Shown: piece after piece, positions 17,410-28,015 of the stretch
Layout: every line of letters begins with the position of its first letter
Numbering within the stretch: position 1 is the first letter of the stretch
Source of the DNA: a virus
Lineage: Duplodnaviria; Caudoviricetes
Direction: 5' to 3' (one strand)
Virus record (IMG/VR): IMGVR_UViG_3300037461_000542
Coordinates: 1-63,609 of that record
Length of the DNA stretch: 63,609 nucleotides
Position numbers and translations under genes: made by a program
The notes under the pieces: generated by a model
Seen by the model: only the letters and a program-made list of their open reading frames with translations
Told to the model about the DNA's origin: nothing
Databases searched by the model: none

Positions 17410-18432
17410 ATGGGGTTTCTTCAAAGTCCAGAAATGATTTATCAGACCATGCAGTATGCTGGTAAGGCTCTTAGATGGGCACAGGAAGATTGGTTCACAT
17501 TCTTTTCAAGATTGAATGCTCAGGGTTTTGTATGGGATAACGAAGACGGTAGGTTGCGGCAGAAGGGTTGGATGGCATTGCAGGCCAATACTCCTTGGTG
17601 CCATACCTGTTCTTCTTGGGAAAAACATTGTGCCTTCGATCACAACATCATCTTTAATAACTGGAAGATTATTCATCCTCGCTGTCTTGAGTGTTGGAAG
17701 GTAGTGGTTACTCCTCGTACATTTCATGAGTTGATGCTTCTCGAAGAGTTGCAGGGAAAACTCATGTTTGATTCCAAATGTGGTATCGAAATGAGAGACT
17801 ACACTCCTAAGTTCTATGGCGGGTACTTCTATAATAGTTCGTTGGATGCTGGCCGTGCTCGTTGGAAAGAAGTTAAGGATGCTGTCTCTGAATTCATTTC
17901 ACCTGAAGTTGGAAATTCTGTCATCCTTAAACGTGGTTGTACTGAGTACGAAATGGTGAAGGGTCCATCTCTGTATTGGACTGTAACTCCTGAACAAGAG
18001 AAGACTCTGGAAATCATAGAAGCTTTCGTTGATGTTAAACGTGGTCATGGTGAACAAAGTTTGATGCTGAAGCGTAACGTGCATTTGAAATGGTTGCTCT
18101 GGGCACACTTTGTTGGAGATATGTCCTACGTGGATTACAATGGTGGGTTGAAACTTTTTCCTGACTACGTGAAGTACCATGAAGGTAATCTTGGGGACAT
18201 CAAACATGATATTGCTATAGCTCAGGCGCAAGCATCTGTGGGACTTCCTCCTGAAACCTCAGAGGCGTTCATCAATACTGTACAGGAATTCGCAAAGCAG
18301 TACAAGGTTCCTGGGTATGGTCATCTTGTTCGTGCGTTGGGTGGGCACAACACAGCAGCTCTCAATATGCACTTCAAAGTTCTCTCTGATATTCCTGAGG
18401 AACAGAAGGGGGATCTCAATGGGACGACGTAA
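17410..18432 (+). CDS. Cys/His-rich enzyme-like protein of unknown function
   Basis: Motifs HPRCLECWKVVVTPR, KCGIEMR, YGGYFY, LKRGCTEYE. Confidence 0.75.
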   Translation: MGFLQSPEMIYQTMQYAGKALRWAQEDWFTFFSRLNAQGFVWDNEDGRLRQKGWMALQANTPWCHTCSSWEKHCAFDHNIIFNNWKIIHPRCLECWKVVVTPRTFHELMLLEELQGKLMFDSKCGIEMRDYTPKFYGGYFYNSSLDAGRARWKEVKDAVSEFISPEVGNSVILKRGCTEYEMVKGPSLYWTVTPEQEKTLEIIEAFVDVKRGHGEQSLMLKRNVHLKWLLWAHFVGDMSYVDYNGGLKLFPDYVKYHEGNLGDIKHDIAIAQAQASVGLPPETSEAFINTVQEFAKQYKVPGYGHLVRALGGHNTAALNMHFKVLSDIPEEQKGDLNGTT

Positions 18433-18838
18433 ATGGGATCCTCTGTCTCCAGAAGAAAAGCGGTTGATATGTGAGAAGTGTGAAGGATTCTGTTGTGATA
18501 ACTTTTTTATCTGGGTAGGAGCAGGAGATGCACCACGAGAGTTTCATGAGTTTCGTGGTCGTAAAGTTTTAAAGTATGGCACCACGGAATCAGTTATTAT
18601 TCCAGATCCATGCCCCCATAGGAAACGAACTGAGAAAGGATGGTGTGATTGTTATGAAGACCGTCCTACAGTATGCCAAGTGTTCCCCACAGAGTACTCT
18701 CCATTCTGGAATTTGAAATGCAAGTTGATGCGAGAGTTGTATAAGAGGGGACAGTTACCAAAGAATGTGACGAAGTTTAATAAGTTGGTTAAAAATAGAA
18801 AACCTAAATCAGTCTTTAAATTTTTTAAGAAGGGATAA
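18419..18838 (+). CDS. YkgJ/CxxCxxCC cysteine-cluster protein
   Basis: CEKCEGFCC...CPH...CDCYEDRPTVCQVFP. ATG 18419 after AAGGGGG. Confidence 0.8.
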   Translation: MGRRKWDPLSPEEKRLICEKCEGFCCDNFFIWVGAGDAPREFHEFRGRKVLKYGTTESVIIPDPCPHRKRTEKGWCDCYEDRPTVCQVFPTEYSPFWNLKCKLMRELYKRGQLPKNVTKFNKLVKNRKPKSVFKFFKKG

Positions 18839-18844
18839 AAACAA

Positions 18845-19108
18845 ATGGCGTTTTTAAAACAGATGGCTACTCGTGACACTGGTGGTTCAGAACCGTTTGC
18901 AACTGGTCGTCTTGTTCCTGCTACAGAACCTACTGGTACTGCCTACGTCAATTGGAAAGCCAAGTACTATGGTTCTAAGTTGGGGTCGGCTACCACATTT
19001 AAAACGAGAGCCAATGCGTTGGAGCGGTACAGTGGCGGTGCTATGCTCCGCTACCATAAAATTCTACGGCGTGAAGGTAAACTCGGCGCTACCGCAATGG
19101 CGGCATAA
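18845..19108 (+). CDS. Small basic hypothetical protein
   Basis: 87 aa, RBS AAGGGA. Confidence 0.6.
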   Translation: MAFLKQMATRDTGGSEPFATGRLVPATEPTGTAYVNWKAKYYGSKLGSATTFKTRANALERYSGGAMLRYHKILRREGKLGATAMAA

Positions 19109-19117
19109 GGACAATCT

Positions 19118-19918
19118 ATGGCAACAGTAGCCCAATTCATAACAAGCGCAAGATATGATCTGCGTGACTACCAGACTGGGCTGGAATTTGATGACGAGGA
19201 GTTGTTAGAGTACATCAATCGTATGAAAGATGTACTCGACAACACCCTCTTTTCCATGAACTCCAGCTATGTTCATGGTACTGCTACCCTGACGTTGACT
19301 ACCAAAACAGATAAGATAGACCTCTCCTCTTCTTTGAACTCCGGTAGCTATGATACTATTCGTTCGCTATGGATTGGGACAGATGAGAAGGAAAAGGTTT
19401 CTCTTGATGTCATGGATTACAAAAAACAGTGGCAGTTCTCCATCCAGGACGAGGACTACGCTCTCGTGGTGGGAAATAGGTACGAGATTCTTGCAAGAAC
19501 TACCCTTGATTTTACAGGATGCGGTGCTGCCGCCAATACCGTGGGTACTGAGTTTACTTGTACGGTAACTGGAACACTGGGATCTGGCGATGCTGTTAAA
19601 GAGTTTACCCTCAAGGAACCTGATTTCTGGTCTCATGATGGCATTTACCTTAGATTCGACAGTCACGCAGACCAAACGTACCAAGTAAGAGTGTTCTACA
19701 ATAAAACTACAGCTACGCTGGCAACTACAAGCAACATGCCCTACGCCGATAAGTTCAACCAGATCTTCAGAGAATTGTTGGTTATGCACGCTAAGGCTAA
19801 GAAAGAGGGTGCTATGGGTCCAGCAGAACAAACCTATCACGCCATGTTTCGTGCCAAAGCTTTTGCAGATCAGATTAGACAGGATTATATTCCGAAGCGA
19901 TTCAAACTTGATTTTTAA
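19118..19918 (+). CDS. Head-tail adaptor-like protein
   Basis: MATVAQFITSARYDLRD...FDDEELLEYIN, an N-terminus typical of podovirus adaptors. Confidence 0.6.
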   Translation: MATVAQFITSARYDLRDYQTGLEFDDEELLEYINRMKDVLDNTLFSMNSSYVHGTATLTLTTKTDKIDLSSSLNSGSYDTIRSLWIGTDEKEKVSLDVMDYKKQWQFSIQDEDYALVVGNRYEILARTTLDFTGCGAAANTVGTEFTCTVTGTLGSGDAVKEFTLKEPDFWSHDGIYLRFDSHADQTYQVRVFYNKTTATLATTSNMPYADKFNQIFRELLVMHAKAKKEGAMGPAEQTYHAMFRAKAFADQIRQDYIPKRFKLDF

Positions 19919-19930
19919 AGGAAGACAACT

Positions 19931-20584
19931 ATGAGTCTCTCACTCGCTCAAGCTATTACCCAAGTTCGCAACGTGTTGAATGAAGACGTATCTGTGTTCT
20001 GGAGTGACACGGAGATTACATCCTGGATTCAGGAAGGTTGTCTTGATTTCTCCACCAAGTCTCTTTTGGTTGAGGATACGATTTCTGTTACTCTGCAAGC
20101 ATCTAAGTTGTACTATAACTCTTCTGATGTAGCTGCCATAGCCAACATAGTAGAACTATACACCGTTCTGTACTATAATGGTACAACCTACAAAGGAATC
20201 ATTAAATCTAAGCCCAACGTGATTGGTAACGAAGCTACCAATACAGCGGGGGATCCAAAGTATTATTCGTGGCACGATAAGAATCTATACGTATGGCCCC
20301 TTACTTCTGCTGCTGTGGTAGCTGCTGGTGGTACCTTGTCTCTTCTATGCTCTATAACGACCAACGATATAACTGTTATAAGGGATGAGTACCAGAGTAT
20401 CCCTCTCATGTATGCACGAGCTATGGCTAAGTACAAGGATAGGTTAACAGCAGAGGGCGATGGTTGGATGAATCTCTATAACCAGTACGTTGGTTTCGAG
20501 AGAAGCGATAAATATTCAAGAGAAGTGGACGCCCTCGACAAATTCAAGGTTAGGGGTAGGGGAGGCGAACGTGCCGCAGGCTGA
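19931..20584 (+). CDS. Second adaptor-like protein
   Basis: LAQAITQVRNVLNE...FWSDTEITSWIQEG...GDPKYY...LYVWP. Confidence 0.65.
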   Translation: MSLSLAQAITQVRNVLNEDVSVFWSDTEITSWIQEGCLDFSTKSLLVEDTISVTLQASKLYYNSSDVAAIANIVELYTVLYYNGTTYKGIIKSKPNVIGNEATNTAGDPKYYSWHDKNLYVWPLTSAAVVAAGGTLSLLCSITTNDITVIRDEYQSIPLMYARAMAKYKDRLTAEGDGWMNLYNQYVGFERSDKYSREVDALDKFKVRGRGGERAAG

Positions 20585-23258
20585 AAATCAGTTTGATCAA
20601 AAGGATGTTCCAGTCCCCAAGGGAGTAACGAAGACTCCTAACGTGGAGTGGCAAGATGCTCAGTTTCCATTTGACGGAGCCTGGATGCCCGATATGGATC
20701 CTGCTCTCATTGGTGCTCGTAACTTTGCCACACTGACCAATCTTAGATATACAGATAAGAGTATAGAGGGTGTTAATGGGTTCTCCAAGATCAATACTAC
20801 TGCACTTGATACGTACATTGATATTGATAACCTTGCTCAACTGAGAACCAACAGAACAGTACGAAGCTACCTTCTTGCTCACGCTGCCCCTACTCCTGGT
20901 GGTCAGGGGAGGGTGTATATCAACACCACTACTCCTGGGTCCGATGGGGATTTTGATTCTACATCGAGATTCGACACCTCAGGTAATGCGTACCGTGCAG
21001 ATATATCTTCTGGATTGCAGGGCAGATTCTCAACTGCACCTCAGAGTTCTGTAGCGTACTGTAACGGTAATGAAAGTCTCATCTACTCTGGTGCTGAGCA
21101 TCGCATTGCTGCTGCTTTCCTTCAGAAAGGGGATGCCGACACCTCTGTTAAAGAAGTTTCAGATGAATTAATATCTACTCTTACCACAGATGAAGCCTCT
21201 ATAGTGGATGGTACGTTTGATGAGTTGATCATCATGACTACTCGGCCAGTACAGGGGTTTAAATTTTATGTGGGTACTGCAAACACAGTAGCTTCTGTCA
21301 TGACCATTACTAAATGGAACGGGTCTGCTTGGGATGCTGTTGCTAACTTCACAGATAATACCATAGCAGTTGCAGGCAAGACCTTATCTCAAACTGGAAC
21401 TGTAGTTTTTGACCACACAGAAGGAACGACTGGTCTTAAACACTACCAAGAGTTATACCTTTTTGCCTATAAGATCACATTTTCAGGAGCCAATAATGGA
21501 ACTGTTTATCACGTTACTTGCGATCCAGCTTTTAACTATATCCAAAATGTTTGGGACGGTGTTTATCGGCAGCCAATCCAGTTTCAAGTCTTCTCCGCAG
21601 ACCATTACGAAGACTATACCCTACAAGTAAACCAGAGTAGCGATCTCAACGCACCTATCGGTGCTCAGATAGATGGGTTGGTAGCTGCTACTGATTCTAT
21701 CTACGTAATGTTTGAAGAACAGATGTCAGCCATAAAGTTCACCATGTTGGGGGATCTCATCAATAAAGCTGCATCTGTGATCTCCCTTTCATATTGGACA
21801 GGTGATTCATGGACTGCGGTTTCTAATTTTGTAGACGGTACCAAGAATACTGGTGGTACTGTTTCGTTCAACCAGACAGGACTTGCTTCATGGAACCCAT
21901 CACTTGACGAACAAAAACAAACCCTTTTCGGTTCATTAGGGTATGCCTACAAGATCACATTCACTGGAGCCAACCTTACTGGTACCAAGAGTGGTACTGC
22001 TGAAGTTCTCATCGACCTTTGCTCTGGTATTCCTAAACTGGCGCAAGTAAAAGCCTTTGATTTCCCCGTCATGTACAAAAATAGGTTGATGCTCTGTGGG
22101 TTTACGTCTGGTGGTGAGGGCAATAGGATGGACTACTCAGCTCCCAATGCTCCAGATGTGTTCAACGGATCCGAATCTTCGGATGATGGTGCCAACTCAA
22201 TCTATTTTGGTGGCGATGAACCAATAACTGGGGCTATCCAACTATTCAACAGGTTTGGGGCATCTATCTTTGCCATGCTTCTTGTGTTCAAAGACACCGA
22301 GACGTATCTTATGACAGGGGATACCCCGGAAGATTTTGTGGTGTATCCTGTGTCTCAGGTGGTTGGATGTCCTGCCCCACTGACAATAGCAACAACTGAG
22401 ATTTCTCTGGAAGGTGGCGAGAATCTCGCAAGAAATTTTGTGGTTTGGCTCTCTCATGCTGGACCTGTTATGTTTGATGGTGCTGTTCTTGCTCCAATTA
22501 AAGGGGTAGATAACTACTTTGATCCCAACGAGACTACCTACATCAACTGGACCTATATTCATACTGCTCGTGGGTGGATAGATCCTAACTATAAAGAATG
22601 GAATCTTATCATTCCCACTGGTGGTTCTACTACAGCCAATGTATGGCTGGCCTACGACCTCATGAGACGCAAGTGGTATCGTCGTGATCCTGGTGGTGGT
22701 GGATTTCCTGTGTCTGGGGCATCTATCATGAATCCAGCAACAGGTGAACAGTTCGCAGTAGCAGGTATGAATGATGGTCACGTTATGCAGTTGGAGGATG
22801 GTACTACATTTGATGGGGTAGCCATTGAACAGATAGTTAAGACTGGGGATTTTTGGCCCTCTCAGAATATTTGGGATTACACTACGTTACGTAAGTATAA
22901 ACTCATTACAAAGAAGATCAACACTGATGAAGATGTAGATGTAGCCTTCTTCTATTATGGAAATACTGAACCAGGAGGGGGTACATCTGCTACATTCACA
23001 GACGGAGATGTAGTGTTCACGGATGGGGATGTTGTGTTTACAGATGCTACTGCATCTACCTTTGATCTCTCAATCTCTGCTGAAAGTCAGAGAGTTGTTC
23101 AAAAAATTATAGATCTTAACAAACGGGGATGGGCACATGCGTTCGAACTTAGAGTCACTACGTCAACAACTCCACAAGGATTCTCTCCAATTGTCTGGGG
23201 TGTTAGATACCGTGTCGAAAGAAAAGACGATACAGCCAATATCCAAGAACAAACTTAA
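20571..23258 (+). CDS. Tail nozzle / DNA stabilisation protein (beta-propeller type)
   Basis: GTG 20571 after GGAGG; ~896 codons; YKNRLML, LLVFKD, VGCPAPLTI; located after the adaptors. Confidence 0.65.
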   Translation: MPQAENQFDQKDVPVPKGVTKTPNVEWQDAQFPFDGAWMPDMDPALIGARNFATLTNLRYTDKSIEGVNGFSKINTTALDTYIDIDNLAQLRTNRTVRSYLLAHAAPTPGGQGRVYINTTTPGSDGDFDSTSRFDTSGNAYRADISSGLQGRFSTAPQSSVAYCNGNESLIYSGAEHRIAAAFLQKGDADTSVKEVSDELISTLTTDEASIVDGTFDELIIMTTRPVQGFKFYVGTANTVASVMTITKWNGSAWDAVANFTDNTIAVAGKTLSQTGTVVFDHTEGTTGLKHYQELYLFAYKITFSGANNGTVYHVTCDPAFNYIQNVWDGVYRQPIQFQVFSADHYEDYTLQVNQSSDLNAPIGAQIDGLVAATDSIYVMFEEQMSAIKFTMLGDLINKAASVISLSYWTGDSWTAVSNFVDGTKNTGGTVSFNQTGLASWNPSLDEQKQTLFGSLGYAYKITFTGANLTGTKSGTAEVLIDLCSGIPKLAQVKAFDFPVMYKNRLMLCGFTSGGEGNRMDYSAPNAPDVFNGSESSDDGANSIYFGGDEPITGAIQLFNRFGASIFAMLLVFKDTETYLMTGDTPEDFVVYPVSQVVGCPAPLTIATTEISLEGGENLARNFVVWLSHAGPVMFDGAVLAPIKGVDNYFDPNETTYINWTYIHTARGWIDPNYKEWNLIIPTGGSTTANVWLAYDLMRRKWYRRDPGGGGFPVSGASIMNPATGEQFAVAGMNDGHVMQLEDGTTFDGVAIEQIVKTGDFWPSQNIWDYTTLRKYKLITKKINTDEDVDVAFFYYGNTEPGGGTSATFTDGDVVFTDGDVVFTDATASTFDLSISAESQRVVQKIIDLNKRGWAHAFELRVTTSTTPQGFSPIVWGVRYRVERKDDTANIQEQT

Positions 23259-23287
23259 ATCCACACGACAAGTAAAGGCGGTAACTG

Positions 23288-24718
23288 ATGGCGACTAAAG
23301 CATACGCATTAATTGCATTAACTGGAGGGGGTACTGGAGCGCTCGACGCTATTGATGGAGCTGCGTTGGTAGATGGAGATCAGGCGTATGTTGTAGATGC
23401 AACAGCCAACACAGTTTATGAATATACTCTGAACTCAACTTCTGCTGCTGCTGCTTCATCCCCCACTATCATATCCCCCACTGCAAATGCTGGGGATAAA
23501 AGATGGGAGCTGTGTAAATCCTATGTTAAAGATTCTATTACATTTAATGACGGAACTAACATCGGTCTCGTACAGTTTACAGCCAATGTTCTGGAACTGT
23601 ATAGTCAACGGCATTCTGGTGTTGTACGTATATCTGTAGAAGACGGAGCAGGAAATAAAGAAACTGCTGCCACCTTTACTGGCGGCGGATCAGTGAACCT
23701 ATATTATGATAATTCAGTTAAGTTAGCTACTACCTCTACTGGTGTAACTATAACTGGTGCTGTTCATGAAACTGTTCCGTCGTTTCCGAGAAAGAATTTT
23801 TTAATCAATGGTTGTATGCGGGTTAATCAACGAGGAAATACATCAATTTCTGGTACTGCAACTTATGGTGCTGTTGATAGATGGAGAGCATCCATTTCTA
23901 ATGTAACTGCTGGAACAATATCACAAACAACAACTGCTTCTGGTGCTACTAATGGGTATGGTTTATACCTAACAGGTTTATCTTGTACAGCAGGAGGACT
24001 ACTCGCAGTTGAACAACGAATAGAATCTATTAATTCCAGGATTTTAAATGGAAGAACTATAACATTTAGTTGTAAGTTATATCATAATTTTGGGAGTGAA
24101 ACCGATTTTACAATCTATTTGTATGAACCAAATGGAGCTGATGATTATTCAGCTACTACTCAACTTGGTAATTCTGGGGCACTTCCTTGTGCAAGTGGAA
24201 GTTATACTCAGTTATCTTTTACGTATACAGTAGGAGCTGCGGAAGCTACAAATGGATTGAGAGTGCAAATCGTTTCTGAAGGACTCGAAATTACAACAAA
24301 GGATTGTATTATATCAGATGCTCAACTTGAATTAGGAACAGTAGTTACTCCACTTGAATATCGTCCGTTTACAGAAGAGTTGTCTTTATGCCAACGATAT
24401 TATGAAAAATCATACAATATAGGTAATGCCCCTGGAACTGTAACACTTGATGGTACAGATCTTGGAAGAACAGTTCTTGCTTCTAACTATTTTGTTTCTA
24501 ATTTCACAGAAAGAAAAAGACCAGGAGTAGTATTAACTGATGTTTCTCTTTGGTCTCCAAGTACCGGAGACATAAATAAAGTACGAGATTCTTCTGCTGG
24601 AGCAGATATAGTACCAACTGTAGAATACACAAGTGAACATAATTTTTCATTCAGTGCTACTCTTGGTGGAGTTGGAAGTCTTTGTACTTGGCACTGGGCC
24701 ATAAACAGAGAACTCTAA
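23288..24718 (+). CDS. Tail fibre protein
   Basis: KNFLINGCMRVNQRG...DRW...QLELGTVVTPLEYRPFTEELSLCQRYYEKSY fibre domain; AT-richer distal half. Confidence 0.75.
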   Translation: MATKAYALIALTGGGTGALDAIDGAALVDGDQAYVVDATANTVYEYTLNSTSAAAASSPTIISPTANAGDKRWELCKSYVKDSITFNDGTNIGLVQFTANVLELYSQRHSGVVRISVEDGAGNKETAATFTGGGSVNLYYDNSVKLATTSTGVTITGAVHETVPSFPRKNFLINGCMRVNQRGNTSISGTATYGAVDRWRASISNVTAGTISQTTTASGATNGYGLYLTGLSCTAGGLLAVEQRIESINSRILNGRTITFSCKLYHNFGSETDFTIYLYEPNGADDYSATTQLGNSGALPCASGSYTQLSFTYTVGAAEATNGLRVQIVSEGLEITTKDCIISDAQLELGTVVTPLEYRPFTEELSLCQRYYEKSYNIGNAPGTVTLDGTDLGRTVLASNYFVSNFTERKRPGVVLTDVSLWSPSTGDINKVRDSSAGADIVPTVEYTSEHNFSFSATLGGVGSLCTWHWAINREL

Positions 24719-24727
24719 GGAGATAAC

Positions 24728-25330
24728 ATGGCTATAAACTATAGTGATCCTGCATTTCAAAGAATTCTACAACGCAAGAATGCCATGAAACCTTGGGGTG
24801 GTACGATGGGGTACACAAAGGAAGCCTCCGATTGGGCTTCAGCTCAGACCAAGAGCCAGTTGGAGTTTGGACAGTTGGGACTTCTCTCTCGTATGAATCA
24901 AGCAAAGATAGAACAGATGAAGTTTGATCAGGCTATGGCTGGAAAACGATTGGATTTGTCTGGAAGATATGTTGGGATAGACGAACAACGTCTCGGTCTT
25001 AAAGGTAAGTATCTTGACATAGATGAGAAACGATTGGGGTTGCAAGACAAGTATATAGGCATTGGTGAGAAAGAGTTGGGGCTGAAGACGCAGCAGATGG
25101 GGCTTGCAGCACAGGCACAGCAGCAGAGATTTGGGCAGGATCAATGGCGCTACAATGCAAAGATGAAGGCTTTGTCTGACGCAGAAGATGAGTTGAACCT
25201 ATCTACATGGCTTGGTCTTGGTACTTCTGCCTATGCTGGATATGAAGCCTATGAAAGAAAGAAAACACAGGAAGCATCCGCAAAAAAATGGGACGAGTTT
25301 ATTGAACGCAATAGGAGATTAATGAAATAA
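24728..25330 (+). CDS. Internal virion / ejection protein with 14-aa repeats
   Basis: RLGLKGKYLDIDEK-type repeats. Confidence 0.6.
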   Translation: MAINYSDPAFQRILQRKNAMKPWGGTMGYTKEASDWASAQTKSQLEFGQLGLLSRMNQAKIEQMKFDQAMAGKRLDLSGRYVGIDEQRLGLKGKYLDIDEKRLGLQDKYIGIGEKELGLKTQQMGLAAQAQQQRFGQDQWRYNAKMKALSDAEDELNLSTWLGLGTSAYAGYEAYERKKTQEASAKKWDEFIERNRRLMK

Positions 25331-26142
25331 TGGCTCAGATAGGCGCTGTATCAGGTATTCGTAGACCAAGAACTGGGTTACAGGTTGCAGAGGTAAACGC
25401 TCGTCTCCCTTTTCTTGCGAACATGATGGCTCAGAAGAGTCAGGAAGAGTTTCAAGGTGCCCAGATTCAGGATATGGAGGCCCGGCGTAAGCTGGATGAG
25501 TCACGCTATGGACTGGAACAGCGTAAGTTCGCTCTTGAGGAAGGATCTTTCGGACTGGATCAGCGGAAGCTCGCGCTCGATGAGAGCGCGTATGGTCTTG
25601 AGGAGAAAAAGTTTAAGTTGGCCGAGGGAGAGTACGGACTCAAGGAACAGGGTCTTACTCTTGAACAGCAAAGAGTTGCAGAAGAAGCTCGTAAAAATGC
25701 GTGGGAGCAGCAAGTCTACAAGAAAACCAGAGCGCTCGAAGAGGATAAAGAGCAACGGGAGATGGGAATAAAAGCAGCAGGCATGGGTATGTCTCTCTTT
25801 GGATCCAAGATGTTGGGTGGTGGTGGAACATTGGGTGATCTTGGAAACAAAGTCTCTGGCCTATGGTCCTCCCTCTTCGGTTCATCTCAGATTGCTCCTG
25901 GAACTCCGAAGGCTCCCCCGTTCTCTACAACTGGTCCAATTTCAGGACTGGATATAGGAGCATCTATCGCTGGTGGTGCAATGGGATTTGGTGCTGGTAA
26001 GATGTTTGGTGGAAGGAATAAGTTGAAGAGTTCATTGATTGGCGCAGGTGTTGGTGGGCTGGCTTCATACCTCGGTGGTGGACAGAGTTTAAGTTCTTCG
26101 TTCGGCGGAGCACTGCTGGGCGGGTTAGGTGGGTTGTTCTAA
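25330..26142 (+). CDS. Internal virion / ejection protein with 14-aa repeats and glycine zippers
   Basis: RKLALDESAYGLEE repeats; C-terminal GAxxGG zippers. Confidence 0.6.
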   Translation: MAQIGAVSGIRRPRTGLQVAEVNARLPFLANMMAQKSQEEFQGAQIQDMEARRKLDESRYGLEQRKFALEEGSFGLDQRKLALDESAYGLEEKKFKLAEGEYGLKEQGLTLEQQRVAEEARKNAWEQQVYKKTRALEEDKEQREMGIKAAGMGMSLFGSKMLGGGGTLGDLGNKVSGLWSSLFGSSQIAPGTPKAPPFSTTGPISGLDIGASIAGGAMGFGAGKMFGGRNKLKSSLIGAGVGGLASYLGGGQSLSSSFGGALLGGLGGLF

Positions 26143-28007
26143 TGGCAGACGATATAATGAAATATTTGACAGGCACGGATCCCTACGCCTCTTCAGGTGC
26201 GGATAACCCATTTGCTGAAGCCGCTCCAGTTGCAGGAGCAGAAACTCCATTTGCGGAGGAACTTCCATTCCGGTTCACTCAGTTTGCCATAAACCCTGCT
26301 TCACAGGCTACATCTGGACAATCAGGACGGACAGCAGTTGCGAGATCCCCATTCACATCTGGTGGATTGGCATCTGAATTGAGGACTTTGCGGGATAAGA
26401 TTTCAGGGATGGGTGATGTAAGGGCACCTGGGGATATGCCACAGGCTCCCATCCTTCCTGAAGTACAGCCAATGGTCCAAACTATGGATACCTCTACGTT
26501 CTCTATACCAAATCCAGCTCTCAACTTTGCTGCTCTTGAACCTCCTGTAGTGGAAGCTCCCCAGAATATATCCTATGGTATGGCAACTCGTACCTATGAA
26601 GTTCCTGTTTCTGTTCTTGAAAAGTATAAGTCTGAGAACCCCCTGGATGTTGCGATTAGGTATGAGTCTGGCAAAATACCACAGGAAGGTGGACCAACCA
26701 CAACTCTGACTGGGTATGATGTACGTTCAGCTATCGGGGATGAGGGTTGGAATAGTCTTCTCAATGCAAAGAGCAGAGATCGTGGTTCAGAACAAAGAGC
26801 GTTGTACAATCTTGCAATTCTCCCCACTACATTCGATCCTGGATTGGCAAAAAGTAAGAATCTTTCCAACCTTGCGGATCTTGATTTTAGGGATCTTGGA
26901 TCTCTTGTTATGGAGAAGGATCCTGATTATGTGATGGGAGAATCTGGAGGTGGGGGAAGTGGATACAGATCGACTAACGCGCCGTACTCCGATCAATTGG
27001 CGTATGATATGCTCTATAGGAATCGTGAAAGTTCTGGTATTTCTAAGTTTATGAGTGTCGCCATCCCCGGAACTGTGTTCGCGGCGATGGCGGCTATGAC
27101 AGGTGGTGCAGCAGGTACCTTGATGTCTCCTGCTGGTGGAGCAGTAGGAGGTACTGCTGGTGGTTTGGCTGGTGGATTGGGTATGTCTGCCGGAGCTGGT
27201 GCTACGGCTGTAAACATGATAGCTGGAGCCATTGCTTCTATGGGAGCAAAGGTAGCAGCAGAACAGATGGGATTGCCTATGGATCACCCTCTCATGCAAG
27301 CTGGTATGGCTATGGTAGCAGGAGCAGCAGGTGGTCTTACTTCTGGAGCTGGAGCACCAGTACAGGGTGGATCACTTCCAACTGAAGGAAATCCTCAAGG
27401 TATCTTCAACTATCTTGAACAGAACAACCTATCTCCCGGAGAGTTAATGGATATGATGGGAGAAGCTGAGTTTGTTAAAAACTTCGGGGATCCTACTCAA
27501 TTTACAAGAGCCTATGATCAGTTCTCTGGTGCAGTTGGAGGGATAGGTGGTGGAATCCCGATGGAAGGTGGAGGTATAGAGAAGGGGTTCACAAAGAATC
27601 TGTTTGATGTAGGTATGGGTGCCTACGGTGCTACTGCGCCAACTAACCAAACATCTCCGTTTGCTGGTGGTGCCATTACAGAGGAAGCCATGCTTTCTGG
27701 TGAAATCCCACAGGGGATCTCCCCTGAAGATTATGCAAGGTACAACTCAGAGTATTCAACTTATGAACAGCAATTTGCAGAGTACAATAGACAGGCCAAG
27801 CTCTACGAACAGATGCAACAGATGCAAGCAGACTACGAATCCAAGATGACTGAGTTTTCGTTACAACAAAAGAACTACATGGCCTACAAAGAGTTGCAGT
27901 CCAAACAAAAGGGGATAGCTTCTGCCATTGGTCAGAGCATTTCCGAGAATCCGTACTATGACGCACCTGAGAACTACACTGGTCCTCAGTCGTTCTATAT
28001 TGATTAG
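26142..28007 (+). CDS. Internal virion / ejection protein
   Basis: 621 aa with Gly/Ala-rich membrane-like segments and a Gln-rich coil. Confidence 0.6.
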   Translation: MADDIMKYLTGTDPYASSGADNPFAEAAPVAGAETPFAEELPFRFTQFAINPASQATSGQSGRTAVARSPFTSGGLASELRTLRDKISGMGDVRAPGDMPQAPILPEVQPMVQTMDTSTFSIPNPALNFAALEPPVVEAPQNISYGMATRTYEVPVSVLEKYKSENPLDVAIRYESGKIPQEGGPTTTLTGYDVRSAIGDEGWNSLLNAKSRDRGSEQRALYNLAILPTTFDPGLAKSKNLSNLADLDFRDLGSLVMEKDPDYVMGESGGGGSGYRSTNAPYSDQLAYDMLYRNRESSGISKFMSVAIPGTVFAAMAAMTGGAAGTLMSPAGGAVGGTAGGLAGGLGMSAGAGATAVNMIAGAIASMGAKVAAEQMGLPMDHPLMQAGMAMVAGAAGGLTSGAGAPVQGGSLPTEGNPQGIFNYLEQNNLSPGELMDMMGEAEFVKNFGDPTQFTRAYDQFSGAVGGIGGGIPMEGGGIEKGFTKNLFDVGMGAYGATAPTNQTSPFAGGAITEEAMLSGEIPQGISPEDYARYNSEYSTYEQQFAEYNRQAKLYEQMQQMQADYESKMTEFSLQQKNYMAYKELQSKQKGIASAIGQSISENPYYDAPENYTGPQSFYID

Positions 28008-28015
28008 GAGATAAT

